The position numbers were made by a program, and so were the translations under genes. The notes beneath the pieces are model-generated. The model made no database searches. It saw nothing but the letters and a program-made list of their open reading frames with translations, and had not been told where the DNA came from. This document shows positions 49,631-62,846 of a stretch of DNA of 62,846 nt, piece after piece. Source of the DNA: Octopus sinensis (Eukaryota). The stretch spans positions 1 through 62,846 of the forward strand of contig NW_021832135.1 of assembly GCF_006345805.1 (NCBI RefSeq). Direction: 5' to 3'. Position 1 is the stretch's first letter. Every line of letters starts with the position of its first letter.

Positions 49631-50137
49631 GGTGATAGATCGGAAGCCGGCTTCACTCTTTCTCCCTCTCCTTCTCACTCTCACTCATGCACGCTGACAG
49701 GAGTTGCCGCTGATCGCACACCCTTGAGAAGAGAGACCCTGCGGACACATACGTAAATACACGGACACACACGAAGACTCATACGTCGCATATATGTATA
49801 TGTGTACATACTTTAAATAAGTGTGTGTATGTATCTATGTGCGTAGGTATGTATGTATATGTATGTATGTACGACTGTATATATGTGTGTGTGTGTGTGT
49901 GTGATTGCAGGTGTTAGGCGCGTCAGGTAGAGCTGAAGTGGACGCTCGATGATTGCATTGTTTGATGGAATATCCGACGAAGGATTCTTGTAATTGCAAG
50001 AGGGATACTTTAAGTGTCGCTTATGGCGTGTGTTTGCGTAAACTTGTTTGTGGTTGGAGCGTATATGAGTGCGTTCTTGTGTTTGCCTTTGTGTTTGTGT
50101 CTGTTAGAATGTGTACATGTGCGCACTTGCGTGTGCG

Positions 50138-50173
<36 letters not shown>

Positions 50174-50174
50174 C

Positions 50175-50205
<31 letters not shown>

Positions 50206-50314
50206 ACAGGGATAGAGAGAAATGGTCGATAAATGTATGGTACAAAATGAGATTATATATATATATATATATATATATATAATCATATATATATATATAT
50301 ATATGTGTGGTGTG

Positions 50315-50359
<45 letters not shown>

Positions 50360-50411
50360 TGTGTGACGGGATAGAGAGAAATGGTCGATAAATGTAGTGG
50401 TACAAAATGAG

Positions 50412-50518
<107 letters not shown>

Positions 50519-50532
50519 ATATATCTATATAG

Positions 50533-50628
<96 letters not shown>

Positions 50629-51500
50629 TATATATATCTGTGTGTGTGTGGAGGCGCAATGGCCATTGGTTAGGGCAGCGGACTCGCGGTCGTAGGATCG
50701 CAGCTTCGATTCCCAGACTGGGCGTTGTGAGTGTTTATTGAGCGGAAACACCTGAAGCTCCACAAGGCTCCGGCAGGGGATGGTGGCGATCCCTGCTGTA
50801 CTCTTTCGCCCCAACTTTCTCTCACTCTCTCTTCCTGTTTGTCGAGTAATGCTGCGATGGACTGGCGTCCCGTCCAGCTGGGGGGAGCACATACGCCACA
50901 GAAACCGGGAAACCAGGCCCATGAGCTTGGCTAGGCTTGAAAAGGACACATAAATAAATAAATAAATAATATATGTATATATATTTCGTCTATAATTAAT
51001 CCAAATAGGCTGGGATTTCGTTATTTTCTTTCTCTTTACCATATACGGGTTCCAATTTCTGTTTGTTTGTGGAGACTTTTTTACTAGTAGGAGAAATGCT
51101 GACCTATTTGGCTGCCATTTCTAATATTTTCGGTATGTGGTTTTGAGCATTTTGTTGCAATTCACCCTTTATTATAATTAATATTATCCTTACAAAGTAT
51201 GGCCTTTTCCATACCGATAAAACTACTAGGTGAAATTTATTAATTTTATTAAATTAATTATATTTCACCCTTTTTGTATATATATATATATATTTTCTCT
51301 TACTTGTTTCAGTCATTTGACTGCGGCCATGCTGGAGCACCGCCTTTAATCGAGCAACTCGACCCCGGGACTTATTCTTTGTAAGCCCAGTACTTATTCT
51401 ATCGGTCTCTTTTGCCGAACCGCTAAGTAACGGGGACATAAACACACCAGCATCGGTTGTCAAGCAATGCTAGGGGGACAAACACAGACACACACGCACG

Positions 51501-51575
<75 letters not shown>

Positions 51576-51578
<3 letters not shown>

Positions 51579-51727
51579 TAGCAAAAACTGACCGACGAAC
51601 GGCAACGTGAAACTCAGAGTAACAGGTTTTGTTGAATTTTCTGCTGCTTTAAATAAAGCATATTACTCTACCACTGGTATTTGAGTACACTTTATTCCAC
51701 CTTGTTTCACATTTATGTGTTATCTCC

Positions 51728-51729
<2 letters not shown>
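51576..51729 (+). mobile_element. PLE-like family 2, single copy
   Basis: Reverse complement of 16867-17022, flanked by (TA)n on both sides. Confidence 0.55.
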
Positions 51730-51802
<73 letters not shown>

Positions 51803-52019
51803 AATTCCCTGACTGGGCGTTGTGGGTGTTTATTGAGCGGAAACACCTAAGCTCCACGAGGCTCAGTGGCAGTGGGTGACGGCGATCCCTACTGTACTCT
51901 TTCGTACTCTTTCGCCACAACTTTCTCTCTCTCCTTCTTGTGTTGGCCTGCTCGCTTAGCCAGCGATGTCTCAAAACAATGTACAGGATAACACTTATTA
52001 TTATTATTATTATTATTAT

Positions 52020-52568
52020 TACTTTTTTTTTTCTTCTTTCAAATTTGCTTCCATTTCTTGCCGAGTGTCTTCCCGACTCCTAGGGCAAAGAAACTCATAG
52101 CATACATTGGTAGGCCATTAAATCAAACTCAGTAGTTCGTTCATTTTTTTTTTTTTTTTTTAAGTTAAATTAAAATACATGAGCAGCAACAGTTCTCACA
52201 TCGACAATGCTCTTCTCAATACGTGTGATGTACCAGTTAAGACAATCTTTTGCACTTCTTGCAGGATGGTAAGCCAGGGATCATTCTCATATAATTTTCG
52301 GTTCCCTTCTTGATCATTCCTAGTGCTCCTACGATCACTGGTATTGTAACCGCCTTGAGATGCCACATTTTCTCAATTTCAATGAGTAGGTCTTTATACT
52401 TTCTGAGCTTGTCAAACTCTTTCGCTGAGATATTATGATCACAGGGATGCTCATGTCGATCAATAAGCAAACTTTATTGTTTTGGTCTTTCACAACAATA
52501 TCTGGTTTATTGGCCTTGATGGTTCGGTCTGTATGTACTGGAAAGTCCCACAGAATGGTTACATTTTC
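52020..52568 (-). mobile_element. R4/Dong-type LINE 3' end (restriction-like endonuclease domain)
   Basis: ILWDFPVHTDRTIKANKPDIV...LLIDMSIP...KYKDL...IPVIVGALG...GTSHVLRRALSM; (TAA)n on both sides. Confidence 0.85.
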
Positions 52569-52631
<63 letters not shown>

Positions 52632-52879
52632 AGGCGGCGAACTGGAAGAAACATTAGCACGCCGGGCGAAATGCTCAGCAGTATTTCGTCTGTCGCTACG
52701 TTCTGAATTCAAATTTCGCCGAGGTCAACTTTGCCTTTCATCCTTTCGGGGTCGATAAATAAAGTACCAGTTTCGCACTGGAGTCGATGTAATAGACTTA
52801 ATCCCTTTGTCTGTCCTTGTTTGTCCCCTCCATGTTTATTCCCTTGTGGGCAGTAATGAAAAAAAAAATTATTATTATT

Positions 52880-53275
52880 ATTATTCTTATTCAGTAGTTT
52901 TATCTTTTATAGCGTGCTTTCACTTCACTACCGAGCGAAGCTCTGTGTGCCTTGGGTATGTGCTGTGATTTGTTGTGATGCTCTGATGGTTATTGTATGG
53001 AAAGTGTTCTGCGTAGGATGTGTGCAGTGCCTAGTAGTGCAATTTTCTGAATGTTATATGTGTTTGTAAGTCCTGGTGTTTTTGTTATGTATTTCTCTGA
53101 ATATTTTTTTATCATGCCTAATGCACCTACTATGATAGGAATTGTTTCTGTTTTTAGATTCCACATTCTGGTTACCTCCATTTCCAGGTCTTTGTATTTT
53201 GAGAGTTTCTCCATTTCTTTTAGAGACACGTTGTCATCTGCCGGTATTGATACATTATTATTATTATTATTATTA

Positions 53276-53327
<52 letters not shown>

Positions 53328-53495
53328 GATGTCGCACATTATACCATGTCGTGAGGTAGTTGTTTGAAGATATAGTGTCTTCCAGGGGTTTGTACTGTTT
53401 GTCAGGTCACAACAGGGTCCTCTGACAGACGGTACTTTACACAATATGCTTGCAGTTCCAAGTAATGCCGACTTTTACAATACATCTAGATTGTA
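52880..53495 (-). mobile_element. Two further R4/Dong-type 3' fragments (52880-53250, 53330-53495)
   Basis: KYKDLEMEVTRMW...IPIIVGALG...ALLGTAHILRRTLS and KSALLGTASIL; separated by (TAA)n. Confidence 0.8.
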
Positions 53496-53771
53496 AGGTA
53501 TCTCTCTTTACTCTTTACTCTTTTACTTGTTTCAGTCATTTGACTGCGGCCATGCTGGAGCACCGCCTTTAGTCGAGCAAATCGACCCCAGGACTTATTC
53601 TTTGTAAGCCTAGTACTTATTCTATCGGTCTCTTTCGCCGAACTGCTAAGTTATGGGGACGTAAACACACCAGCATCGGTTGTCAAGCGATGTTGGGGAG
53701 GTACAAACACAGACACACAAACATATACACACAATACACCACACACACACACACACACACAATATATATAT

Positions 53772-53817
<46 letters not shown>

Positions 53818-54129
53818 ACATATATACGACAGGCTTCTTTCAGTTTCCGCCTACCAAATCCACTCATAAGGCTTTGGTTGGCCCGAGGCTATAGTAGAAG
53901 ACACTTGCCCAAGATGCCACGCAGTGGGACTGAACCCGGAACCATGTGGTTGGTAAGCAAGCTACTTACTACACAGCCACTCCTGCGCCTCACAGCCACT
54001 CCTGCGCCTCACAGCCACTCCTGCGCCTCACAGCCACTCCTGCGCCTAAGGTTTTCAGGTGTTTTTCAGGTTGGGTGCTATCGAACCCAATTCTCCGATG
54101 ACAATAGGGATAACCTTTATGTTCGACTC

Positions 54130-54345
54130 ACGTGACTGCGACATCTTAGGGATCTCAATTCTCAGGTCTCAATATTTGTCATCTTTTCCTCTCCCATTCA
54201 TGATGATATGTTGATCTCCTGACCCTGCCACGTCGATTATTAGGCAATCTTGTTTGTCCCTCCTAAAGGTTACGATATCCGACCTTCAGTGCTCTAACAC
54301 TTTGTCTGTCTGGAAATCAAAGTCCCAAAGAATTTTTGCTTTTAT
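54130..54345 (-). mobile_element. Degraded R4/Dong-type endonuclease fragment
   Basis: KILWDFDFQTDKVLEH*RSDIV...CLIIDVA. Confidence 0.7.
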
Positions 54346-54725
54346 TATTATTATTGAGTGAGAGAGCAGTTCATGCCATCAAAGTGACACTGGGGTAAAA
54401 TATACGAAGCCCAATATACCCATCATGACTACCCGTCTGATAAGGGTACACCAAGCACATGCATCACAACCATATGTGCGCGACATGGTGATCTCATATC
54501 AAGATAAACAGCACATGACCTTGCAGGTGGGGCCCAGTTAGAATTTTCTTCAGGTTGAGTAGCCCATCCCGCTCAAAAGGTCCCTGAATAAGGGTTGTTT
54601 AAGGATGTTGAAAGAACCACCCATGTTTCGCGAGGTGAATTATTCAAACCCCAAAGAATCCCTCTCAACACATGGCTATGATGTTCCCACACTACTTCTT
54701 CTTCTTCTTCTTATTATTATTATTA

Positions 54726-54780
<55 letters not shown>

Positions 54781-54989
54781 GGCGGCGAGCTGGCAGAATC
54801 GTTAGCGCACTGGACGAAATGCTGAGCGGAATTTCGTTTGCCGTTACCTTCTGAGTTCAAATTTTGCCGAGGTCGACTTTGCCTTTCATCCTTTCGGGAT
54901 CGATAAAATAAGTACCAGTCGAACACTGGGGTCGATGTGATAGACTCATTCCAACCTCCCCCAAGCTGCCCTTGAGGCAAAAAATTGAA

Positions 54990-55360
<371 letters not shown>

Positions 55361-56563
55361 GTGTTGTAATAATGTGCTGACATAAGAGAAAAGTGATACT
55401 CGAAAACACGGATTGGACAACGTAATGAAAAAATAGTAAAATAAATAAGAAACTGAAGCGAAACGAAACTAGACTGTTAAAAAAAAATGGTCGCCGCGCT
55501 TAAGGAGGAATTTTTGCTGGACGGTTGTCATTTCGTTCAAGTGAAGAGCCCTTAACTCCCCACTTAGTTTGTAGTGTCACTGTTTAAAGGTCAACAGAAG
55601 TACAGAAGACAATTGCTGAAGAGAGTGTAAAGAGGCCATTCCTCACTCGTCTGTTTAATTAAATATTGTATCCCATAATGACAGCCGTCGTCAAAAATGG
55701 CCGAACCTTAAACCACTTTAAACGACATACACACACGCACGCACGCACGCACGCACGCACACACACAAAAATACACGCACACACACACACACACATGTAC
55801 ACACACGCATGCACACATTCACGCACTCACACACACGTACACACACGCATGCACACATTCACGCACTCACACACACGTACACACATGCACACACACACAC
55901 ACACACACACACGGACATATACACGCTCGCATGCACGCACACACACATGCACGCACGCACGCACACACACACACACACACACGCACACTCTTTTTCTCTC
56001 ACACACACATGAACACACGCACACGCACACACACACACACCAAGCTAACACTAGGTCTGTGCGTGTGTGCACTCCACGTTCCACGTGCTAGAAATAGCAA
56101 GTAAATCTCCTGTAATTAACACAGTGCCATCTTAAATATTGAATAACTGTAATCCTTGATTCTTCTTCTTCTTCTTCTTCTTCTTCTTGGGGCACAGGAC
56201 GCCACCAAGCGATCTCATCTATCTTGACCTTCTGCTATAGAACCCAGCTGGTCCCCAGCTGTGGCTGCCAAACGGTGCTTCAGTCTCTGTGTACCGTCCC
56301 CATCTTGATTCCGGTCAGCCACCCTTGCACCGGCCATTGATACCCTATTTCTTATCGCTTATCTTTTACCTGTTTCAATCATTAGACTGCGGCCATGCGA
56401 CAGCACCGCCTTGAAGGGTCTAGTCGATAGCGCCTCTTGTACTTATTTTTTCTTTTCTGAAAGCTAGACACTCCCTTAGATTCATTCACCCAACTGCTAA
56501 GTTACGAAGTGTAAACAAACCAGCGCCGGTGTTAAGCAGTGGTGGGGAACAAAAATGGGGACA

Positions 56564-56629
<66 letters not shown>

Positions 56630-56921
56630 CACACACACACACACACACGCATTCTTTTTCTTGTTTCAGTGTTTCAGTTATTTGACTGCGACCATGCTGG
56701 AGCACCGCCTTCAAAGGTTTTAGTCGAATGAATCGATCTCAGGACTTATTGTTTGTAAGCTTCTTGGTTATTCTATCGGTCTCTTTTGCCTAACTGCTAA
56801 GTTACAGGGACATAAACACACCAGCATCGGTTGCCAAGCGATGGTAGGGGAAACAGTCACAAAGACACACAAAAAATACATACATACATACATACATACA
56901 TACATACATAATACATACATA

Positions 56922-56973
<52 letters not shown>

Positions 56974-57625
56974 TTTTCTTTCTCTCTTTTACTTGTTTCA
57001 GTCATTTGACTGCGGCCATGCTGGAGCACCGCCTTTAGTCGAGCAAATCGACCCCGGGACTTATTCTTTGTAAGCCCAGTACTTATTCTATCGGGATTCT
57101 TTCAGTTAACGTCTACAAAATCCACTCACAAGGTTCTGGTTGGCCTGACACAAGGTGCCGTGCAGTGGCACTGAAACCGGAACCATATATTTGGGAAGCA
57201 AGCTACGAGTAGAACACCTTTAATCAAAAGCTTGCAGAATCAGATCAGAGCTGGATAAAACAACAGAAGCCGCATTTCGATTAGCACCACCCCTGCCTAC
57301 CCCATCGAATAACGGTAGGAGCCTCTACGACCACCCCGTTTGATCTACTAGGACAAGCAACCAAACATGTCACAGTTTATTTCCTAACCGTTTTAAAAGT
57401 AGCAAGGGCATATTACAATAGGTAATATAGGCTCGAGTACACAATGCACCAGTGAATGTCTGGATGGTTATGGAAGGAAGGCCTTTGATCATGTGTTTGT
57501 TCAGTCAAGTAAAACCTGTTGCTACGCAACAACAATTATTAGAGAGCTACTCTATCATCAGTATCGTTGCCAAGCCACCGGCGTTATAAATCTCACCAAT
57601 ACAAACTGACTAATAAGACCACTAC

Positions 57626-58205
57626 TTATTTCTATACTACCCACAAGGGGCTAAACACAGAGGGGACAAACAAGGACAGACAAACGGATTAAGTCGATCA
57701 CATCGACCCCAGTGCGTAACTGGTACTTATTTAATCGACCCCGAAAGGATGAAAGGCAAAGTCGACCTCGGCAGAATTTGAACTCACAACGTAACGGCAG
57801 ACGAAATATCTATTACTTTACTACCCACAAGGGGCTAAACACAGAGGGGACAAACAAGAACAGACAAACGGATTAAGTCGATTATATTGACCCCAGTGCG
57901 TAACTGGTACTTATTTAATCGACCCCGAAAGGATGAAAGGCAAAGTCGACCTCGGCAGAATTTGAACTCACAACGTAACGGCAGACGAAATATCTATTAC
58001 TTTACTACCCACAAGGGGCTAAACACAGAGGGGACAAACAAGAACAGACAAACGGATTAAGTCGATCACATCGACCCCAGTGCGTAACTGGTACTTATTT
58101 AATCGAGCCCGAAAGGATGAAAGGCAAAGTCGACCTCGGCGGAATTTGAACTCAGAACGTAGCGGCAGAAGAAATACCGCTAAATATTTCACCCGGCGTG
58201 CAAAT
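57626..58205 (-). mobile_element. SINE B trimer, 5'-truncated
   Basis: Three ~185-bp units; AGACCACTAC duplicated at 57616-57625 and 58206-58215. Confidence 0.85.
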
Positions 58206-58559
58206 AGACCACTACCATCGCTACCACTATCGCCACTACCATCACTGTCACCATCGACGGCACCACCGCTGACGCCATCACTATCATCATCCCGATTTTT
58301 GCCACTATCACACTCCATCGTCAGAGCCATTCCCAAATATAAACATATACTTGAGTATCACCGCAACTTCGCGTCTTATTTTCATTTCCTTCTGTAGATG
58401 CAGGCGTGGGCCGTGTCGCTGACAGCCTGCTTCCCAGCCCTGTGGTCTTGGGTTCTGTCCCATTGCGCAGCAGCATGGACAAGGGTCGTCTGCTATAGTA
58501 CGAAGCTGGCCAAAGCTTTGTGAGTGGTTTTGGTGGACAGGAACTGAAATAAGGCCATC

Positions 58560-58865
58560 GCATACATACATACACACATGCATACATACATGCATACATA
58601 CATACATACATACATGCATGCATGCATGCATGCATGCATGCATACATACATACATACATACATACATGCATGCATACATACATGCATACATACATACAAA
58701 CATACATACATACATACATACATACAAACATACATACATACATACATACATACATACATACATGCATGCATACATACATACATACATACATTCATACATA
58801 CACACACACGTACATACATACATACATACATACATGCATACATACATACATAATACATACATACA

Positions 58866-58900
<35 letters not shown>
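58560..58900. repeat. (ATAC)n/(ATGC)n microsatellite inside a SINE A copy
   Basis: Direct reading. Confidence 0.95.
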
Positions 58901-58901
<1 letters not shown>

Positions 58902-59609
58902 TGTAAAGGTATATATCTACAAGTATTGTGTTTGTCTCGCACCGCCGCTTGAAAACCGGTGTTGGTTTGTTTACCATTAATTCATCCACTTCTTTCTTTC
59001 TACTTGTTTCTCTCCTCTCTCTCTGACTCTCCCCTTTCTCTCTAGCTAACTAATTAGCTAGCCATCTAGCTGGCTAGCTAGTTAACACTTGTCTCGGTCT
59101 GCCTGTCTCTATCTATCAATCCACCCAGCTCTGCCTCTGTCTATCTATGTAGCTATCTCCATCCAGCCATTCATTAACTAATCCACTTAACTGCCCCATC
59201 CCATCCTCTCTCTATTAACTTGATACAAAACTAATTACGTTCTTCAACCATCAACTTAATTTTATCAATCGAAATAATTTTATACATTTTTGCCAACACG
59301 AAAAGAAGTCTATTAATTCCTCTAGCAGAGAATCCTGGTGTCTTGGAACTGATGCATTCTTTGTTTTTGAGCTGTTGGCAGAATCGTTAACACGCCGGAC
59401 AAAACTTCAGTTCTTCCCACTCTTTGCGTTCTAAGTTCAAATTCTGCTATATCAACTTTGCTTTAACCCTTTCGGAGTAGATAAAATAAGTACCATTCGG
59501 GTACTGGGGTCGATGTGATCGACTTTCCCTCATCCCATCATAGTTACTTTTGAACCCTGCAATGGACTGGTTTCCCGTTCAGATGTTTTGATCTTGTTCA
59601 CTTATGTAC

Positions 59610-60315
59610 GTAATGGTAACCGGGTGACCAACCCTATGTCCTTGGGTTCGCCGTATTCCCAATTACTCAGGGCGGTTGCGGAGATGACAGCCATTCAGTC
59701 CAGTAAGTACCACCCCAGGAAAGAAGTAACCACTTTTCTCAGAGCCGAAGAGAAGTCCAGTTCACTGAAATTTCAACGCCTATCATGCTTTCTTTCCATA
59801 GCCCCAGACTAGCAGCTGAGAGTAGATCTCGTGGAACGGTTAAATTTCCCTCATAACATCGTACCAAATACAATCCACCCAGACATAGGGATCTTTTCAA
59901 ATTGTACCAATCGGGTGACAATGTGGGAATTAACTGTGTCCTTGGGGGAACACATGGTGGAAGTTTATAAGTGTAAGCTTGCCAGGCGGTAGAGCGGTGA
60001 TGAAATCGGAGCTGGCAGGTACGTAGCGCGGCAATAGAAGCCGGCTGTCGGGGTTTTGTGGCGCGTTCCTTCAGCAAAATTCTGACTAGGCTTGGGGTTA
60101 CAGATGCAGCAAATTCCATCACTGAAGCTGCAGAGAAGGCCACTAGGCGTCCTTAAATAAAGAGAGCAGATAGGTGGTTTGCTGCTATTGGGATACAACC
60201 CGGGATTTGATCAACCCCAACTGGGTGAACTGGGGCGAGCGAATGTAATGTTTAAAGACCCAAAATTTCCCCGAGACCCCAGAAACATCACTGGCGATGC
60301 ATCCCATAGCATCCG
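59610..60315 (+). mobile_element. HERO-clade (RLE) LINE 3' fragment with 3'UTR
   Basis: QLLRAVAE, LRVDLVERLNFP, HPDI, TMWELTVS, IEAGCRGFVARS and ITEAAEKATR, with stops and frameshifts; 3'UTR TGATCAACCCC...AAAGACCC...ACATCACTG. Confidence 0.75.
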
Positions 60316-60339
60316 CAAGATATATCCTAAAACTATGTA

Positions 60340-60536
60340 GGGAGAGTTTACGAAAAAGACAAAAGTCGAAGACAGGGTGTGTACAAAACAAACAGATGTA
60401 TTAGTATAACGCTCAGGAATAGAAAAAGTATTTTACGTTTCGAGCCTACGCTCTTCTCAGAAAGGGACACAGAAAAAACAAGGAGAAAAAAATGTGTGTA
60501 GTGGCTAACGATCTATCATGGCGATATATATTATAT

Positions 60537-60602
<66 letters not shown>

Positions 60603-60614
60603 TATAATATATAT

Positions 60615-60651
<37 letters not shown>

Positions 60652-60703
60652 GTATATATATATATAATGTATATATATATATGTGTAGTATATATATTGT
60701 ATA

Positions 60704-60734
<31 letters not shown>

Positions 60735-60823
60735 GTATATATATATACATATATATATATATATTATGTACATATATATATATATACATATATATATATC
60801 TATATATATATATACATATATAT

Positions 60824-60860
<37 letters not shown>

Positions 60861-60876
60861 TACATATAATATATAT

Positions 60877-60924
<48 letters not shown>

Positions 60925-61005
60925 ATACTATATATATATTATATATAATATAACATATATATATATATATATACATATATATATAATATATCCATATATA
61001 TATAT

Positions 61006-61043
<38 letters not shown>

Positions 61044-61111
61044 TATATATCTATATATATATATACATATATATTATATATATACATATAATATATATAT
61101 ATTACATAATA

Positions 61112-61149
<38 letters not shown>

Positions 61150-61697
61150 CATATATCTAATATTATATATCTACATATATATATATATATATATATACTA
61201 TATATATATATATATATACCTATCTATATAATATATATATATACATCTATATATATAATATATATAACATATCTATATATATATATTACATATATCTATA
61301 TATATATATATACCATATATATATATATATATATATATTCCATATATATATATATATATTACATATCTCTATATATATACATATAATATATCTATACATA
61401 TATATATATATATACTATATATATCTATATATCTATATCTCTATCTCTTATATTATCATATCTATATATACATATATATATCTATATCTATATATCTATA
61501 TATCATCATATATATATATATTATATATATATATCTACTCTATATATATATTATATATATAGGGAGGTTTACGAAAAAAACAAAAACGAAGACAGGTGGT
61601 GTACAAAACAAACAGATGTATTAGTATAACACTCAGGAATAGAAAAAGTATTTTACGTTTCGAGTCTACGCTCTTCTACAGAAAGGGACAGAGAAAC
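60340..61697 (-). mobile_element. Two direct copies of PLE-like family 3 (60340-60520, 61562-61697) flanking ~1 kb of degenerate (TA)n
   Basis: Near-identical direct repeats starting GGGAG(A)GTTTACGAAAAA. Confidence 0.55.
60525..61560. repeat. ~1-kb degenerate (TA)n tract
   Basis: Direct reading; further large (TA)n tracts at 1430-1640, 49020-49330 and 50250-50640. Confidence 0.97.
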
Positions 61698-62846
61698 TAT
61701 GTATATTTGAAAACCAACTTTCAGCTACTGAAATGTGTATAAGACTGAAATCTTTCTTTTCATCTCCTATTACGTAATATCGGAACCGCTGACAAACTTG
61801 CTAAGCTTCAAAACGTAGGAGCAACCTAATAAGTAAGATATAATTAACTTCTTAACCATGTGTCTTCTCTAGACTACGATGGAAGTTCTCATTATCACTT
61901 GTAACTGAATATATATTTTCAACAGATGTTGAACACGTATCTGTAGCCATTTCCGTTTTATCAATGACAAAGCAAATCTGTAAGTACGATGTCAAACAGA
62001 TGTATTGCCGCTTATGTGTTAAATTACATCGCATACGGCTTGTACATGTCTGGTTCAACAAGGCTATTTAAAATGTTGATTGATTAAACAATGTGTACAT
62101 GCGTCATCTGGACGCAATCTGAAAAAGTGTTGACTGAATCAACAGAATGTAAATGTTAAATAATAGTTGCAACGGGTAGAATTTGACGAGATGTTGATGA
62201 GACAAACACGATATACATTTGGCAAGATAAACTGTAGATTGACTGTAGCTGTTAAATGGGTTGTAGACGAAGATAGAAAATAATATGTCGATGTTGACTG
62301 GGTATCTACAATGTATCGAAACCAATAAATGAAGACAGAATGTATAAATGATAAATGGATAGGAAGATATACAGTGTAAAATATTATATTTCTTTACAAC
62401 CCACAGCATTTTGCGGGGAGGGGGGAGTCGATGTAATCGACTCCAGTGCTCGACTGGTACTTATTTTATCGACCCCGAAAGGATGAAAGGTAAAGTCAAT
62501 CTCGGTGGAATTTGAACTCAAAACGTAAAGACGGAAGTAAGGCCGCTAAGTATTTTGCCCGGCGCGGTAACGTTCCTGCCAGCTCACCGCCTTATTACTT
62601 TTTAATATTGAATCAGATAAAAAAGGCTGCGAGCTGGCAGAAACGTTAGCACGTCGGGGCAAATGCTTAGCGGTATTTCGTCTGCCGTTACATCCTGAGT
62701 TCAAATTCCGCCGAGGTCGACTTTGCCTTTCATCCTTTCGGGGTCGATAAATTAAGTACCAGTTACGCACTGGGGTCGATATAATCGACGTAATCCGTTT
62801 GTCTGTCCTTGTTTGTCCCCTCTGTGTTTAGCCCTTGTGGGTAGTA

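Noticed and set aside
58019-58336. Asp/Ser/Gly-rich ORF (DSDGSGDSGSDG) suggesting a biomineral protein
   Set aside because: A degenerate (GAT/GGT/AGT) repeat fused to SINE B sequence; no signal peptide or splice context.

Overview
Repeat-saturated, AT-rich animal genomic DNA, most likely an octopus or other coleoid cephalopod. This is inferred from the tRNA-derived SINE families, the extreme microsatellite load and the protein type; it was not verified by a search. The only convincing host genes are three paralogous secreted His/Gly-rich proteins at 11734-12534 (-), 27422-28204 (+) and 44551-45237 (-). They resemble cephalopod histidine-rich beak proteins in architecture: signal peptide, a near-identical acidic His-rich head, and a variable GHGG-repeat tail. 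Each CDS lies in a single exon preceded by a strong splice acceptor. I located a ~35-nt non-coding first exon for each, 2.4-4.3 kb upstream, with TATA box, initiator and GT donor. Paralogs A and B are head-to-head and share conserved GATA-type and palindromic NK-type promoter motifs. The rest is transposon-derived: several modular SINE families (some as TSD-flanked multimers), mariners, a rosa-like transposase, CR1-, R4/Dong- and HERO-type LINE fragments, Helitron-like elements and MITEs. Several Penelope-like fold-back or tandem repeats carry hammerhead-ribozyme folds, both canonical and variant-core. A short templated insertion has copied part of paralog C into a SINE. Almost all other ORFs in the supplied track are microsatellite or antisense artefacts. 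All alignments were done by eye, so coordinates of repeat edges are approximate.
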